Source of the DNA: Schizosaccharomyces osmophilus
Lineage: Eukaryota
Reading direction: 5' to 3'
Assembly: GCF_027921745.1 (NCBI RefSeq)
Contig: NC_079239.1
Coordinates: 2,666,001-2,730,000 of the forward strand
DNA: 64,000 nucleotides
Shown here one piece after another: positions 25,294 to 37,756 of the stretch. A model generated the notes under the pieces. That model saw nothing but the letters and a program-made list of their open reading frames with translations, had not been told where the DNA came from and ran no database searches. Every line of letters starts with the position of its first letter. The stretch's first letter is position 1. The position numbers were made by a program, and so were the translations under genes.

Positions 25294-26317
25294 ATGGAAC
25301 ACGAAAAACAAAAGCAGGCCTTAACAGACAAGTTGGATACAGTCAACCAGCTTTATCGAAAGGTAAAGAAGTCTTTATGAAATTATCATGGAATTGCTAA
25401 CACTTTTAAAAGTTAGCAGAGTTACGGACCACTTGTCCAACGCTGCTGAAATTACTACATCCGGAAATAGGCACTAGTAAGTTTCGACCGGAAACAAAAA
25501 ATTTAGACGGGTGTTCTTAACATCTGTACAATTCTTTATTTTCTCTAAATTGTTGATCTATTAACTGGTATGCAGGTCAAAAATTTCAGCATAAAGCTCA
25601 AGAAGCGATTGCTAGTGTTGAAGGATTTAAGAGTGATTTGGCCTACAATCAGCGTATGAAAGTCATTTTTTTATTGCAAGCTCGCTAATCCATCTATTAG
25701 CGTTATTTCGATATGTGACCGAATCTTTTGCAAACAATCAAGCGCAACTATTGCCTACTTATCCCCCGCAAGAGAAAGACATTAACGCAGTTCAAACATC
25801 CAAAGGAGAATTGGAAAATAAAAAAGTTGACAAACAAGAAGAACCTTATCAAAATCCTAAAGTTCCGGAAAAGTTGGAAGTTGTACTCAATAGTTTCGAA
25901 AACAGCATATCTTCCTCGCATTCATCTGTCTCTGACCTGAAGCCCGATTCTTTTTCGTTGGAAGTTTCCACTGGACTTAAATTTCACGTTAGTTTACAAT
26001 CCAATGCTGATTATAAAGCGTCATGTATATTTGGTAAATTCGAACCGATAATGTTCTCTATTAATCGCTATAACCACTTTGAAATGCCCTTGTTTCTTCT
26101 TCTTGTATGAACTCTTCACAAAAGCTTTTTGACCCTTACTAATGAATGCTAGCCTCTTCTTCTTGATTATTCCAACCTCTACTTGAAACCTTGTCAATTT
26201 TGCAAAAAAATAATTTCTCCTATCAATTTAGAACTTCCTTTTGTAAGGAAGTACGATTCCGAGAACAGCAAACATGCTCTTCTCACTTTTCATTATGAAT
26301 GTGCACTCTCAAAATAA
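25294..26317 (+). CDS. pmc3: Mediator subunit Med27 (introns 25363-25412, 25477-25575, 25654-25700, 26105-26152)
   Basis: Spliced MEHEKQKQ...LAELRTTCPTLLK...; C-terminal YSNLYLKPCQFCKK...FHYEC zinc site typical of Med27; lies between sam50 and tif471. Confidence 0.8.
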
Positions 26318-26748
26318 GGTAAAACGGATTATGTTTTCCTTCAGCTAATGCCTTGAATTTATCGCAAGTATCTTTAGGAGAGATTTATTGCTATAATATC
26401 AAGTATCATTAAACAAAGCTGGTGCATATTCAATAATTTCTTAATATTATAAACTGGTTTCTTTGTTTTGCACATATGCCCTTTTTAGAAAAATTATGTA
26501 CGACAGTCAAAAAGCATGTTTACAATTCTACAAATCCCTTTTTACTTACTATGGTAATTACAGTAACTAAAGGTCATTAAGCTTTGTATCTATTAAGATG
26601 ATTTAGCATATATATTAACCTTAGATGTAAATCCATTTTTCCATAAACCCTGACAATGATGGAGCCTCATATAAGCCCAAAATTTCAAAAACAACCCAAA
26701 ATAGTGATAACTTGAATCAACTGTGCAGACATATCTTCAACCTGTCAA

Positions 26749-29700
26749 TTAAGGGTTAACTTTCGAACTAGAATTAGGATTTTTATGGCTTGATGATCCA
26801 TCGTTGTCATGATCTTGTTCTTCCAAAAGTTCAAAGGAGTTTGCCGATGTTACTGGTTGATTCGCAGGAGCTTGTCTAGCAGGCTCTCTTCGTGGTGTGC
26901 TACTTTGTCTTGAGGGGCTTCGGCTAACATTTCCACCACGCAACATGGAGCTCAAACTGGTAGGACCATGTGATCCTTGAGTGCCAGATTTCAAACCACG
27001 AATACCTTGACCTAATCTGGCATACCCATCTTTATTATTAGACCAATCATTGGATCCAAAGGGAGGGTTACTACCTCTGCCACCCATTCTAGAGTCGCCA
27101 CGGTTCATGTCGCGATGCATACGGGCAGGTCTTTGAGCTTCAGACAGCGCCTTTTTACGCTCAGCCTCCGCGTGAATCTCTTGAATAGTTTTTGGTCCCT
27201 TTTCAATTTCCTTCTTAACATTCCAACCAGCTCTTCTAGAATCAATAACATCCAAAAGCATAAATTTAATACGAGAAGCCAAGTCAGGGATTTTGGTGAT
27301 AGTTTCCATACGAAGAATGTATACATCCATCGCAGCATGACCCTTTTCAGTAGCATCAAGATTTACACCGACTGTCATTAATAATCTACACAGACTCTCA
27401 ATTTCTTCTTCCTCGGGATCTGTAACATTACCCAAAAGGCGTTTTATACATTCGTGCATAATCTTTTCGGAAAGCATACTGAGCTTAAACAACTCACCAA
27501 TGAATCTAACGAGACCAAGACCACGACGCTTGATAGCAGCAGCAATATAATACTCATCAGACATAATCTCAGTCTCTCCAGCACCTCCAGCTGGAAGACT
27601 AGCTTTCCAACCACGCTCAAAGTCCTCTTGACAACGGCTTAACAAATATTTTCTAAATAACAAGCCACCCCTAACAGGTTGACCGTTCTTGTCTAATACG
27701 TTTTCATCTCTTATAGAGTCATCTATACTGTCCATCATCTTACGAGCAAATCGGGCATACATGTTAGAGAAATTTGGTTCGTCAGTAGCCTTTTCGAATG
27801 TCAATTGGATAACTAATCTAAGAGTGTGACCATCAGTCTCTCTACGGGATTGCATGGCCAACTCTAAGATTTGGTCCGAAATCTTTTCGAATTTCTCCAA
27901 GGTCATCTTGTTCAAAGAACCCTTAACCTTACGATGAATAACCTCAGGAGGAAGAAGATCTTCTTCCTGTTCAGCCTTGGCTTCAGGCTTTTCAGCAAGT
28001 TTCTTAGGTTGCCAACGGTTAGCCGATAATTGCAATGGTTGCACTTGTTCGGCAGGAATAGTTAAAGTAGAAGGGTCAGCCTTTTCGCGTTCACCGCCGC
28101 CACCACGACGGGACCCACGCTGGGAACCTCTGTGTGACCCACCATGACCATGATGACTCATGCCACGACTAGGAGCACTCTTGTAATTACTACCAGAACG
28201 GAATCCTGTACCTGAATCACCAAAGCCGCGATCAACACCAAGGCGTGACATTGACTTTCTTTCAGAATGACCGCCAAAGCCTGGGCCAGCGTGTGAGTCC
28301 CTAGTAGAACCAGAGCGAGAGCTTTGACGACTGGAACCATAACCACCACGAGAACTCTTGTCGCTGAAAGCAGGGGTAACAGTTCCCTTCATTTTCTCAT
28401 CCCAGCCATAAGCAGGCTTATCTGTGTAATATGTTTGGAACTGCATAAGGAAAGGGATATCGTAAATAAGTTTACCATCCTTAATTTCACCCTCGGTGGC
28501 AGGTCGCTTTAAGGGAGAAGGGTAGACAATGCTGGAAATATCTGAAATAACACTAGCTTGAAGTAAAGAGTTGAGAGCAGCAGAAGGTTTCGAAGGAGAT
28601 TTTAAACTTTCGATGCCAGACAGATTTTCCCTTTTGGGAGTTAAATTGCGAGACTCCACAACAGAAGATTCGGGAGAAATCTTGATGTCCTCAGGCTTGG
28701 TCTTATCTTCCTTTTGATCATCGCTCTTTGGCAGCTCGTCAGATTTCGAGCTTCCTTCGACCTCAAGCTTAGCCTTCTCTTCGACTTCGCGTTTAGCCTT
28801 TTCTTCAACCTCACGACTGGCCTTCTCTTCAGCCTCATGTTTAGTCTTTTCTTCAGCTTCACGTTTAGTCTTTTCTTCAGCCTCACGTTTAGTCTTTTCT
28901 TCAGCTTCACGTTTAGACTTTTCTTCAGCTTCACGCTTAGTCTTTTCTTCAGCTTCACGCTTAGTCTTTTCTTCAGCTTCCTGTTTGGCCTTTTCTTCAG
29001 CTTCCTGTTTGGCCTTTTCTTCAGCCTCCTGCTTGGCCTTTTGTTCGGCTTCCAGCTTGGCCTTCTGTTCGGCTTCCTTCTGGGCCTTTTCTTCGACTTC
29101 CTTCTGGGCCTTCTCTTCGACTTCACGTTTCACCTTTTCTTCAGCCTCTCGCTTGGCCTTTTCTTCAGCGTGTCTTCTAGCCTCTTCTTCCGCTTTTTCT
29201 TGAATACGTTGTTGAACAGCTTGTTTAACGGCGTCCTTCCGCTTGGAAACCTCTTCTTCTGTTAAATGAGGAGTAACAGCACTGTCTAACCGTGGGCTAG
29301 ATTCTTCAGACTTAGGCTCAGATTTACTCTTTTGAGGAACAACTACCTCAGTATTGGTAGCAGGGTTGACAATTTTCAGCGCACTGCTCTTCTTCTGTTG
29401 CTTCACAATAGGAGTAAATGAGCCAGATCTGGAACTTACGGGTGTAGAAGAGTTTGGCGAGTCAACAACTGGTTCCGATACTTGGGAAGTGCTACGGGAC
29501 ATATTGGGGAAAGTTGGTGGTGTAAATGGCGTTTGTGGATATACGGGATAGTATTGAGGAACATAGCCTGGCTGTAACATTGCGCCATATTGCATCATGT
29601 TGGGATCAACAATATATGGTGCTTGTCCGTAAATTTGGCCATAGGGAGGTTGCATTGATACAGGCATCTGAACAGGATTAGCAGGTGAACCCATACCTTG

Positions 29701-30795
29701 AGGAGTATTCCGAGGATTTTGAGCAGAGTTCCGGCCATTGGAAGCGAAAGGAGGGTAACCGGAATGACCATTGTTGTACTGTCTTCTTCCATTTCCTCTG
29801 TTGTAGCGCTGAGTATCATTACGACCATTATTTTTATAAGAATAGCCATGCTGATAGTGTGGGGAATATTTATTGTAGGAAGGATAAGAATTTCCGTAGC
29901 GTTCATACTGACGGTTTTGGCGGTGGGGTTTACCAGAACTGTTAAATGAGGGTGTGCTAGATGCAGGTGTTTGACCCGAAGGGTCAGCAGGCTCAGAAAC
30001 TAAGTTTGTGTTATTAGATTTGGCTGAAGCAGCAGAATCATTAGAACTGGAATTATTAGAGGATGGGGCAGCAGCACGGGAACCTTTGGAGACGGGACTG
30101 GATCCGGGCTGTCCAGTCGGATTAGAGGAGCTATTTCTACGAGGAACATTGTTTTTTGGTTGGTTGGAAGGAACACTTGCCTTTATGTGCTGTTTAGTAG
30201 AAATAGGAGCATTTCTTGTGATTGATCCAAATTGAATTGGAACGGTAGGAAGAGTGTTTGTTGATTGATTTTGATCAGATGGGGTGCTTTCAACAGCATC
30301 CTTTGGTTCCTCTTGATTAACTTTTTGTTCTTCCGAGTTAGCCGGTGCTGTCTTTTCGACGTCATGCGTTTGAGTAGCCTCCTCAGACTGCTTTGGTTTT
30401 GACCCAGCGCTATGGTTCTGCTTGCTCTCTGAAGAAGCACTCGTGGAAGCTGGCTTTCCAGCATTTGAAGGGGCTTCCAAGGGTTTCTCCTTGTTAGCAA
30501 GTCTACTTGAAGCCTTTTTTTCTTGTTCCTTCGCATCCTTTACATCTGTTTTTTTTTCAGAAGTGGCAACGGGCTTTTCAGGATTAACCGATGCATTTGT
30601 TGAAGGAGTAGTATCTTGGGCATCAGCAGTAGCCGAGCCAGCAGTCGAAGGTTTAGCAATATCAGTGGATGGAGCAGCAGGCTTCTCAGAAGTTGCGTTT
30701 TGTGGTTTTACGTTTGCATTTTTCATAGACTGGCTAGCAGCCAACGCACGTGCATAACTAAACTTTTGAGTATTCGATGGCGGCTTCGAAGACAT
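26749..30795 (-). CDS. tif471: Translation initiation factor eIF4G
   Basis: eIF4E-binding YDIPFLM, MIF4G domain ([21 protein letters not shown]), GPKTIQEIH. Confidence 0.96.
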   Translation of the reverse strand: MSSKPPSNTQKFSYARALAASQSMKNANVKPQNATSEKPAAPSTDIAKPSTAGSATADAQDTTPSTNASVNPEKPVATSEKKTDVKDAKEQEKKASSRLANKEKPLEAPSNAGKPASTSASSESKQNHSAGSKPKQSEEATQTHDVEKTAPANSEEQKVNQEEPKDAVESTPSDQNQSTNTLPTVPIQFGSITRNAPISTKQHIKASVPSNQPKNNVPRRNSSSNPTGQPGSSPVSKGSRAAAPSSNNSSSNDSAASAKSNNTNLVSEPADPSGQTPASSTPSFNSSGKPHRQNRQYERYGNSYPSYNKYSPHYQHGYSYKNNGRNDTQRYNRGNGRRQYNNGHSGYPPFASNGRNSAQNPRNTPQGMGSPANPVQMPVSMQPPYGQIYGQAPYIVDPNMMQYGAMLQPGYVPQYYPVYPQTPFTPPTFPNMSRSTSQVSEPVVDSPNSSTPVSSRSGSFTPIVKQQKKSSALKIVNPATNTEVVVPQKSKSEPKSEESSPRLDSAVTPHLTEEEVSKRKDAVKQAVQQRIQEKAEEEARRHAEEKAKREAEEKVKREVEEKAQKEVEEKAQKEAEQKAKLEAEQKAKQEAEEKAKQEAEEKAKQEAEEKTKREAEEKTKREAEEKSKREAEEKTKREAEEKTKREAEEKTKHEAEEKASREVEEKAKREVEEKAKLEVEGSSKSDELPKSDDQKEDKTKPEDIKISPESSVVESRNLTPKRENLSGIESLKSPSKPSAALNSLLQASVISDISSIVYPSPLKRPATEGEIKDGKLIYDIPFLMQFQTYYTDKPAYGWDEKMKGTVTPAFSDKSSRGGYGSSRQSSRSGSTRDSHAGPGFGGHSERKSMSRLGVDRGFGDSGTGFRSGSNYKSAPSRGMSHHGHGGSHRGSQRGSRRGGGGEREKADPSTLTIPAEQVQPLQLSANRWQPKKLAEKPEAKAEQEEDLLPPEVIHRKVKGSLNKMTLEKFEKISDQILELAMQSRRETDGHTLRLVIQLTFEKATDEPNFSNMYARFARKMMDSIDDSIRDENVLDKNGQPVRGGLLFRKYLLSRCQEDFERGWKASLPAGGAGETEIMSDEYYIAAAIKRRGLGLVRFIGELFKLSMLSEKIMHECIKRLLGNVTDPEEEEIESLCRLLMTVGVNLDATEKGHAAMDVYILRMETITKIPDLASRIKFMLLDVIDSRRAGWNVKKEIEKGPKTIQEIHAEAERKKALSEAQRPARMHRDMNRGDSRMGGRGSNPPFGSNDWSNNKDGYARLGQGIRGLKSGTQGSHGPTSLSSMLRGGNVSRSPSRQSSTPRREPARQAPANQPVTSANSFELLEEQDHDNDGSSSHKNPNSSSKVNP
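28765..29195 (-). repeat. Coding 24-bp tandem repeat (EAEEK[AT]K[RQ]) in eIF4G
   Basis: Repeated TTTTCTTCAGCTTCACGCTTAGTC-like units on the + strand encoding an 8-aa charged repeat. Confidence 0.9.
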
Positions 30796-31538
30796 TCTCT
30801 CTTAGTTTTTACGTCAAAGAAAATAAATAAACTGAAAGAGACCACCAGAAATCGAAATCTTTCAATTAGTACTTCGTTTGTTTTTTTAAGAACAACCGAA
30901 TCTTTCTTTCGTTCTATATTACCCCGAAAGAAAAATTACTAATTAGAGATTCTAAGGGAACGGAATACAATAAATAAACCTATATTCCAAATTCCGTTAA
31001 AAAAATAAAACTACCCTCCAGAAGACTGGATAACAAATTTTCAACTGAAGTAGTTGGGTGGGTTGGTGGTGGTTAACAGGAAAATTCAAGATGGCGGCAC
31101 TAAGGCAGCCGGTCCTGATGGCAAAGAGAACAATTTAACGACATCGCTGTACATCATTGTATACGACACCACCAAAGAAATACCAGTATCTTTTATGCTG
31201 TAGTATTTGGTAAGTTAGTCCTTATATATTGAATGTTTGGAGTAAAAAAAGTAGTTGTTTTGGGGAACTTGATTAACGGTTGAAGTTGGTTCGCCGAATG
31301 AACTGCATATTTAGGTCTATCATGTATTGGCGTTGAGCGTACAGATACCTTGCCCTCTATTCATAGACATGAAATAATGATGAAGTTGCTAATCTCTAGT
31401 ACATCGTACTTTTTCTATATCTTGTTGACTTTTCTTAGAAGCCGTTTATTTAATTGCGTTCTCCTTTTCATGGGACGTCTGCCTGTAAACGAAGAAGAGA
31501 AATTCAAAATATACTAAAGACACCGGTGTTATTAAAAA

Positions 31539-32433
31539 ATGGCTTCAAGTGTTGTTAAAATCTTAGTTAACACGCAGTCTTGGTCCGATCAGGTGAATGT
31601 ATGCAATAATTCCATAGTTTTGCTGCAGATGCTAACATGTACCTGTGTCTTAGTCGTCCCCAGAACTCCAGTTGTTACTTCCGGAAGAAAAATCGCAAGT
31701 AAAACGATACTATTTCGCCAAAGATGCGAATATGGCGATGGCTTCCATGCTCGTGAAGCGGCAGGTACTTGCTACACTTTTCTGTACAAAACCAGACTCT
31801 GTGCGGATAAGTATAGCCGAAAATGGACGTCCATATTACTCCAAAAAAGTTTCCGAAAACACCGATTTCGATTTTAATGTGTCTCATTATGGCGGTATGG
31901 TAGTATTCGTGGGTATTTGGATTTCCAAGAATAGTCCAATTTCGACGCAAAGTCCACGCAGCATTGGTGTAGACATAGTTGAGTGCAAAAGCCTAAGTGA
32001 CGAACCCAACTGGATGGACGATTTTGAATTCGTATTCAATCGGGAACAGTGGACACAGGTTTTCTCCTCCGGCGATCGTTTGGCAGCTTTTTTTCTCTTT
32101 TGGGCTTCTAAAGAAGCCGTGTTAAAGTCACTTGGATTGGGACTTCATGGTGACCCTGCTCTCGTTGAATTACAAATTCCGGTGTTTCAAGATTTCGTAT
32201 GCGGCAGCAACATACATGCGTTGCGTGCTGGAACCGCTTCCTATGCTAAGAGCAGATTTCAATTAGAATTGCAGAAATTAAATATTAATGGATCTGTATT
32301 TTTCATTGCGATTGCTTATCCTGCCGACCTTGAAGTTTTAGAGTCCGATTGGCTAGAGGTGTCAAGTCTTTCTACAGATCATCTTCAACAAAAAATCATC
32401 GAAAAATTTAATTACAATACTATGAAATTTTAG
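31539..32433 (+). CDS. lys7: 4'-phosphopantetheinyl transferase (Lys5/Sfp type; intron 31593-31653)
   Basis: GRP, FNVSH, IGVDIV, WASKEAVLKSLGLGL motifs. Confidence 0.92.
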
Positions 32434-32718
32434 TTTTGCATTCCGTTCATACGCTACAGAGGATAAATCGTTCTTTTTGGTATGCCATCTCGCTACCTTA
32501 CTCGTTATCTGAAGTACATTTCGAGATCATCTTTTTCATCCTCTTCTACTTCTACAAAAGTAAATAAGCATTTTTTTTGCTTGTTTTAATGTTTCACTCA
32601 TCATCCCATCTTGTCCTTCCAAACTTTTGTTGTTCATACTCGTTGAGCCTCGCTATAATACAGCTTGTTGATGTTGACACGGTTCTACTTCAACAAACAA
32701 TTGAATTATTGAATTGAC

Positions 32719-34842
32719 ATGGTAGACCGACTAAAATGCCTTATCTGGTATTCTATTGATAATCAGCAGTATAAAAATGCCATCTTTTACGCAGAAAGGT
32801 TGTATGCCGTTGAAGATTCAGGCGAAAGTTTACACCTTTTGGCATATTCGCATCTTCTTAACCTTGATTACAACATTGCTTTTGATTTATTAAATCGTAA
32901 TGTTAAGCACATTCCCTGTGTATTTGTCTTTGCAAAAGTGTGTTTAATTTTAGGTCGTTACAAACAAGGCATCACTTCTATAGAAACCTGTCGCCCGCAG
33001 TGGAAATCTATATTGCCAAACTGTAAGTTCTCGATGCAAGGATGCGTTTTGAAACTAATTCTTTAGTAAATGATACCAATGCTAATCGAGGTCGCCCGGA
33101 CGCCTCGAGCATGCTTGATGTCTTGGGCTTAATGTACAAAAAGGCGGGTTATATAAAAAAAGCAACAGAATGCTTTGTAGAATCCATTTCCATAAATCCA
33201 TACAATTTTACTTGTTTTCAAAATTTAATCGCAATTGGTATGTTATAATAATTTCTTCTTGCTGCCCTGACGAAAACGGCCTTGCGACAAAATCATTATA
33301 AATGATGTTGCTAACTATGAACTAGGAGTCCCTCTTGATGTGGATAACATTTTTATTCTACCCCCATATTTGAATGCCCCAAAACTTTCAGAAAAATTCC
33401 AATTTAATCCTCCTTTGGCTGGTCCTGATACCTATTCTCTAAAACGTGGAAAAAAACCTTTCCCATCACTAACGAAGCAAACAACTTCCGAGTTCCCAGT
33501 CAACCCTTCCTCCAGTTCTTCCATGTCGGCTTTTACGAATTGGTTTGACCGAGTTGATCCTAACACTAATGACGCGGAAGAGGAAGGAATAAAAGAGGAA
33601 GCAAAATTAAACCCAAGTTCAGCTTCCTATACCGATTCCTTAAAACCGTCTACGAGTTCGTCTTCTGTGCGAAAAGACATTCTCTCTAAAAATGAGGTTG
33701 CAAGTGCAAAGCTATCAACATACAAAACCGGTGCGCGCTTTGCAGCCAAGTTACGCGAAGCTAGCAACAAACGAAATGAGGGAGAGCTACCTTTAAATTA
33801 TAAGGATGAAGATTTCAATTTGTTAGAGCTACTAAAAATCTTTGCAAAAGGTTGCTATTTTCTAGCTTGTTATCAGTTAAAGGAAGCATTGTCTTACTTT
33901 TTAAGTTTATCACGGGAGCATAGGATGACACCGTTTGTACTTTCGAAAATAGGAGTCACATACTTTGAAATGGTCAATTACGAAAAAGCTGAAGAAGTAT
34001 TTCAGAAGCTTCGTGATTTACGCCCATCACAAGTAATAGATATGGAAATATATTCTACAGCTCTTTGGCACTTACAAAAATCCGTTCCTTTGTCTTATTT
34101 AGCTCATGAAATGTTGGAGACCAATCCATACTCACCAGAGGCGTGGTGTATATTAGCCAATTGCTTCTCTTTGCAAAGGGAGCACTCACAGGCACTTAAA
34201 TGTATAAATAGAGGATTACAGTTAGATCCTACCTTTGAATATGCATACACGCTTCAGGGTCACGAACATTCCGCTAATGAGGAGTATGAAAAGTCGAAAA
34301 CTTCGTTTAGAAAAGCGATACGTATCAATGCCCGACATTATAATGCTTGGTATGGTTTAGGAATGGTCTATTTGAAAACAGGAAGAAATGATCAGGCCGA
34401 CTTTCACTTTCAACGTGCAGCCGAGATTAATCCCAACAATTCCGTTTTAATAAGTTGCATTGGTATGATCTTCGAGAGATGTAAAGATTTTGAAAAAGCT
34501 TTAGAATTTTACTGCAAGGCCTGTGAGTTAGATGAAAAATCCTCGCTCGCACGTTTCAAAAAGGCAAAAGTTTTGATTTTATTGCACAATTATGATAGAG
34601 CATTAACCGAGCTGGAACGATTAAAATCCATTGCACCAGACGAAGCTAACGTTCATTTTATGCTGGGAAAAATATACAAACAAAGAGGACAAAAGAATAT
34701 GGCGATGCGGCATTTGACAATTGCATGGAATTTGGATGGAAAAGCCAATCACATAATAAAAGAATCCATTGAAAATCTGGACATCTTAGAAGAAAACTTA
34801 CTCACTGAAACGGGTGAAATTTACAAGAATTATGACAATTAG
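32719..34842 (+). CDS. nuc2: APC/C TPR subunit Apc3/Cdc27 (introns 33023-33066, 33238-33325)
   Basis: NAIFYAERL N-terminus; TPRs YSTALWHL, YAYTLQGHE, HYNAWYGLG. Confidence 0.95.
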
Positions 34843-35170
34843 GGGAAATCCTTTTATGACAACTCTCAACTATATAATTATGGTTTATAATGATTCTCAG
34901 GTATAAGCTATTAATAGGATAGAAAAAAGAATTATAATTTATTTTTATTTACAAAATGACAATATGTAACAGATATAGTCTTCTGAAACAACCGTTGAGC
35001 TTTTTCATTGCAACCGCATACAGTACTCACCGTAGGATAAATTAGGTACTTATGAAATCATTCGTTTCTCCGTTCCCAACCTACCGATTTTGTGATTAAC
35101 AACTTCTTTACCAGAACACATTCATTTTAGTCTTGACTAAATAAATAAAGAGAAGAAGGGTAAAGGAATC

Positions 35171-36069
35171 ATGGGATTCTTAAAAAGTGCAGTATTAGCT
35201 ACGGTTTCGATTTTTGCTGGGTTATGTGGCATTAACAAGGTTTTTTGTCTGCCAGAGCCTTTCCGATACTATTTCCGCTACTTTGCATGTTTCACTTTTC
35301 TAGCAATTAGTGCTGCTTATGGTGTTGTTGCTTCTGCCATATGCCGTTTATGTGGACATCCAGTTTTAGGACAATATCTCACTGCGAAAGCCTACTATCG
35401 CATGACGAGCCCAGTATTAGACGTCCGTTTCCGAGTTGAAAACGATGAAATCTTAAAAAAAAACAGGCCGGCTGTCCTAGTGGTCAATCATCAATCGTAA
35501 GCATAAAATGATAGCAAGCGATTGCAACAAAAGAACTAACAGGATTAAGTGAACTAGACATTTTGCTTGCAGGAAGCGTTTTCCATCCCAATTTCTCAAT
35601 TATTTCAAAAAAGTCCTTAAAGTACATTCCTTTACTAGGATGGTTCATGCTACTTTCAGATGCCGTCTTTGTCGACCGAGCTAGACGTGAAGATGCCATT
35701 GCTCTTTTCGCAAAAGCTGCTCAACGTATGAAAAAAGAGAATCTTGACATTTGGGTTTTTGCTGAAGGAACTCGTACTTATGCAGAAAAGCCATTACTCT
35801 TACCGCTTAAAAAGGGTGCTTTCCATCTGGCTGTTCAAGCTCAAGCTCCGATTATTCCTATAGCTGTTCAGAACTACTCCCACATATTCCATCCTCCCAC
35901 TAAGGTGTTTAGTAGAGGTGAAGCACTTGCGAAGGTTTTAGATCCCATATCTACAGTTGGCAAAACAGCTGCAGATGTGAATTCTTTGTTGCGTGAAACA
36001 CAAGAAAAAATGGAAGCTGCTATGATTGAAATTGATGGTTTTGGAAAAGAAGATACAAAAACCAAGTAA
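35171..36069 (+). CDS. slc1: 1-acylglycerol-3-phosphate O-acyltransferase (intron 35497-35549)
   Basis: NHQS|ELD across the intron, FAEGTR, KKGAFHLAVQ. Confidence 0.94.
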
Positions 36070-36542
36070 AGAAAGGTGGTGTGTAAGGTGAAGTGCAGTC
36101 TTTGAATACTTCGTTTATTTGATATTTTTTTGTTTAAGTAAATAAATCTCTACTGGATCGAATTTTTATTCCTTCCTTTATTTCATTGCATTTAAAATGA
36201 AAACAAATTGTACATTCCGTACTCCACATTGTTCTTAATCCACTGTAGCATATGTTTTGACTATAAGCATATTTTGTATCTTTATAATATTTCCTTTTAG
36301 CATATGCTACCAATCTTACCCAAATATATGCGTATACATTAACGAGATTTACCGCATAATATTTGTCTCGACTGGTTAGAAAACTTGAGTTGAACAGCTA
36401 CTGAATCACTTTCTAATAATCCTTTAATATTTCGTTTTTTTTTTTAAGAACCAGATTCTCTTACTATTTAAAGAGAACTCTTGCAAGATTTTAAGGTGGA
36501 GTTGCTGAAAATTTGAATGAGTAATATCTAATTGCGGACATT

Positions 36543-37463
36543 ATGCAACTATATTCCTCTGAAAGGTAAGTTAGCGTACAAAAGAAGAGAAGATGCAAGA
36601 AGAAATCAAAATATTCAAGGAAAGAAATTGTACTAACCTAGTGTTTAGTGAGTCAGACGAATCACAATATTGGGTTGACTGGTTTTTGGGGCTTAAGGGC
36701 AATGAGTTTTTTTGCGAAGTAGATGAAGATTATATACAAGATCGATTTAATTTGACTGGTTTAAGCCAGGAAGTTCCTCAATACTCTCATGCTATAGACT
36801 TAATTTTGGACGTTTTGGATCCTGATTTGTCTGAAGAAATCCAGGATGAAGTGGAAGCTAGTGCCCGCCATCTATATGGTCTGATTCATGCCCGTTATAT
36901 TTTAACAGCTCAAGGGCTGTACAAAATGGTAAGTTGACCATGTGAAAAAATACTTTCAAAGCAGTTACAGCTTCCTCTTCATTTTGAATGGAGGGGAGTC
37001 AACACGTTTTGTAATTGCAGACTGATACTTGTCTTCATTATTACTATCTCAGTAGCTAACAAATCAATAGCTTGAAAAATACAAAAAATGTGATTTTGGT
37101 CATTGTCCTCGTGTTTTATGCAACGGTCAGCCTATGCTACCAGTAGGTCTCTCTGACATACCTCATACGAAATCTGTGAAGCTTTATTGTGCTCGATGTG
37201 AAGACGTATATACTCCAAAATCACAACGACACGCTTCAATCGATGGTGCCTACTTTGGTACTTCTTTCCCTCATATGCTGTTCCAGGTTTATCCTGAATT
37301 GGCAGTCCCGAAGTCACATGAAAGATATATCCCTCGCATCTTTGGATTTAAAGTACATTCTTACTCTGGAATTTATCGAAAACAAGACAACTATAAGGAA
37401 AAGCAGAAAAAACGTCTTCAAGGGGATAGTGCCGATTCTAAGGAAGAAAACGTTGTAACTTAA
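36543..37463 (+). CDS. ckb1: Casein kinase II regulatory beta subunit (introns 36566-36648, 36929-37070)
   Basis: [60 protein letters not shown]. Confidence 0.96.
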
Positions 37464-37756
37464 GCTATAGCAATATCTTTAATATACTCTCCTTTATTGT
37501 TTCTAATTATTGAAAATGTTGAACTAGAAACATCTCACGCATGGTGTTTTTAATTTGCTATACTTGACTGTGCGTCGAGCGTGGTACGTACGGAAGAAAT
37601 AAAAAGAGAAAATTTATTGTATCGTTTGATGTTTAATAAACTTCTTTGCACACTATTGATTTTGATAAAGACTATTTGATAGGTTCTATAAATATTACTT
37701 CAGCTTCTTTTTTTTTTTTTTTTTTTAATACATTAAAGGGCACCTTGTCACTGATT

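Noticed and set aside
28641..29265. Lys/Arg-rich and Phe/Leu-rich ORFs
   Set aside because: Alternative-frame and antisense shadows of the eIF4G repeat.
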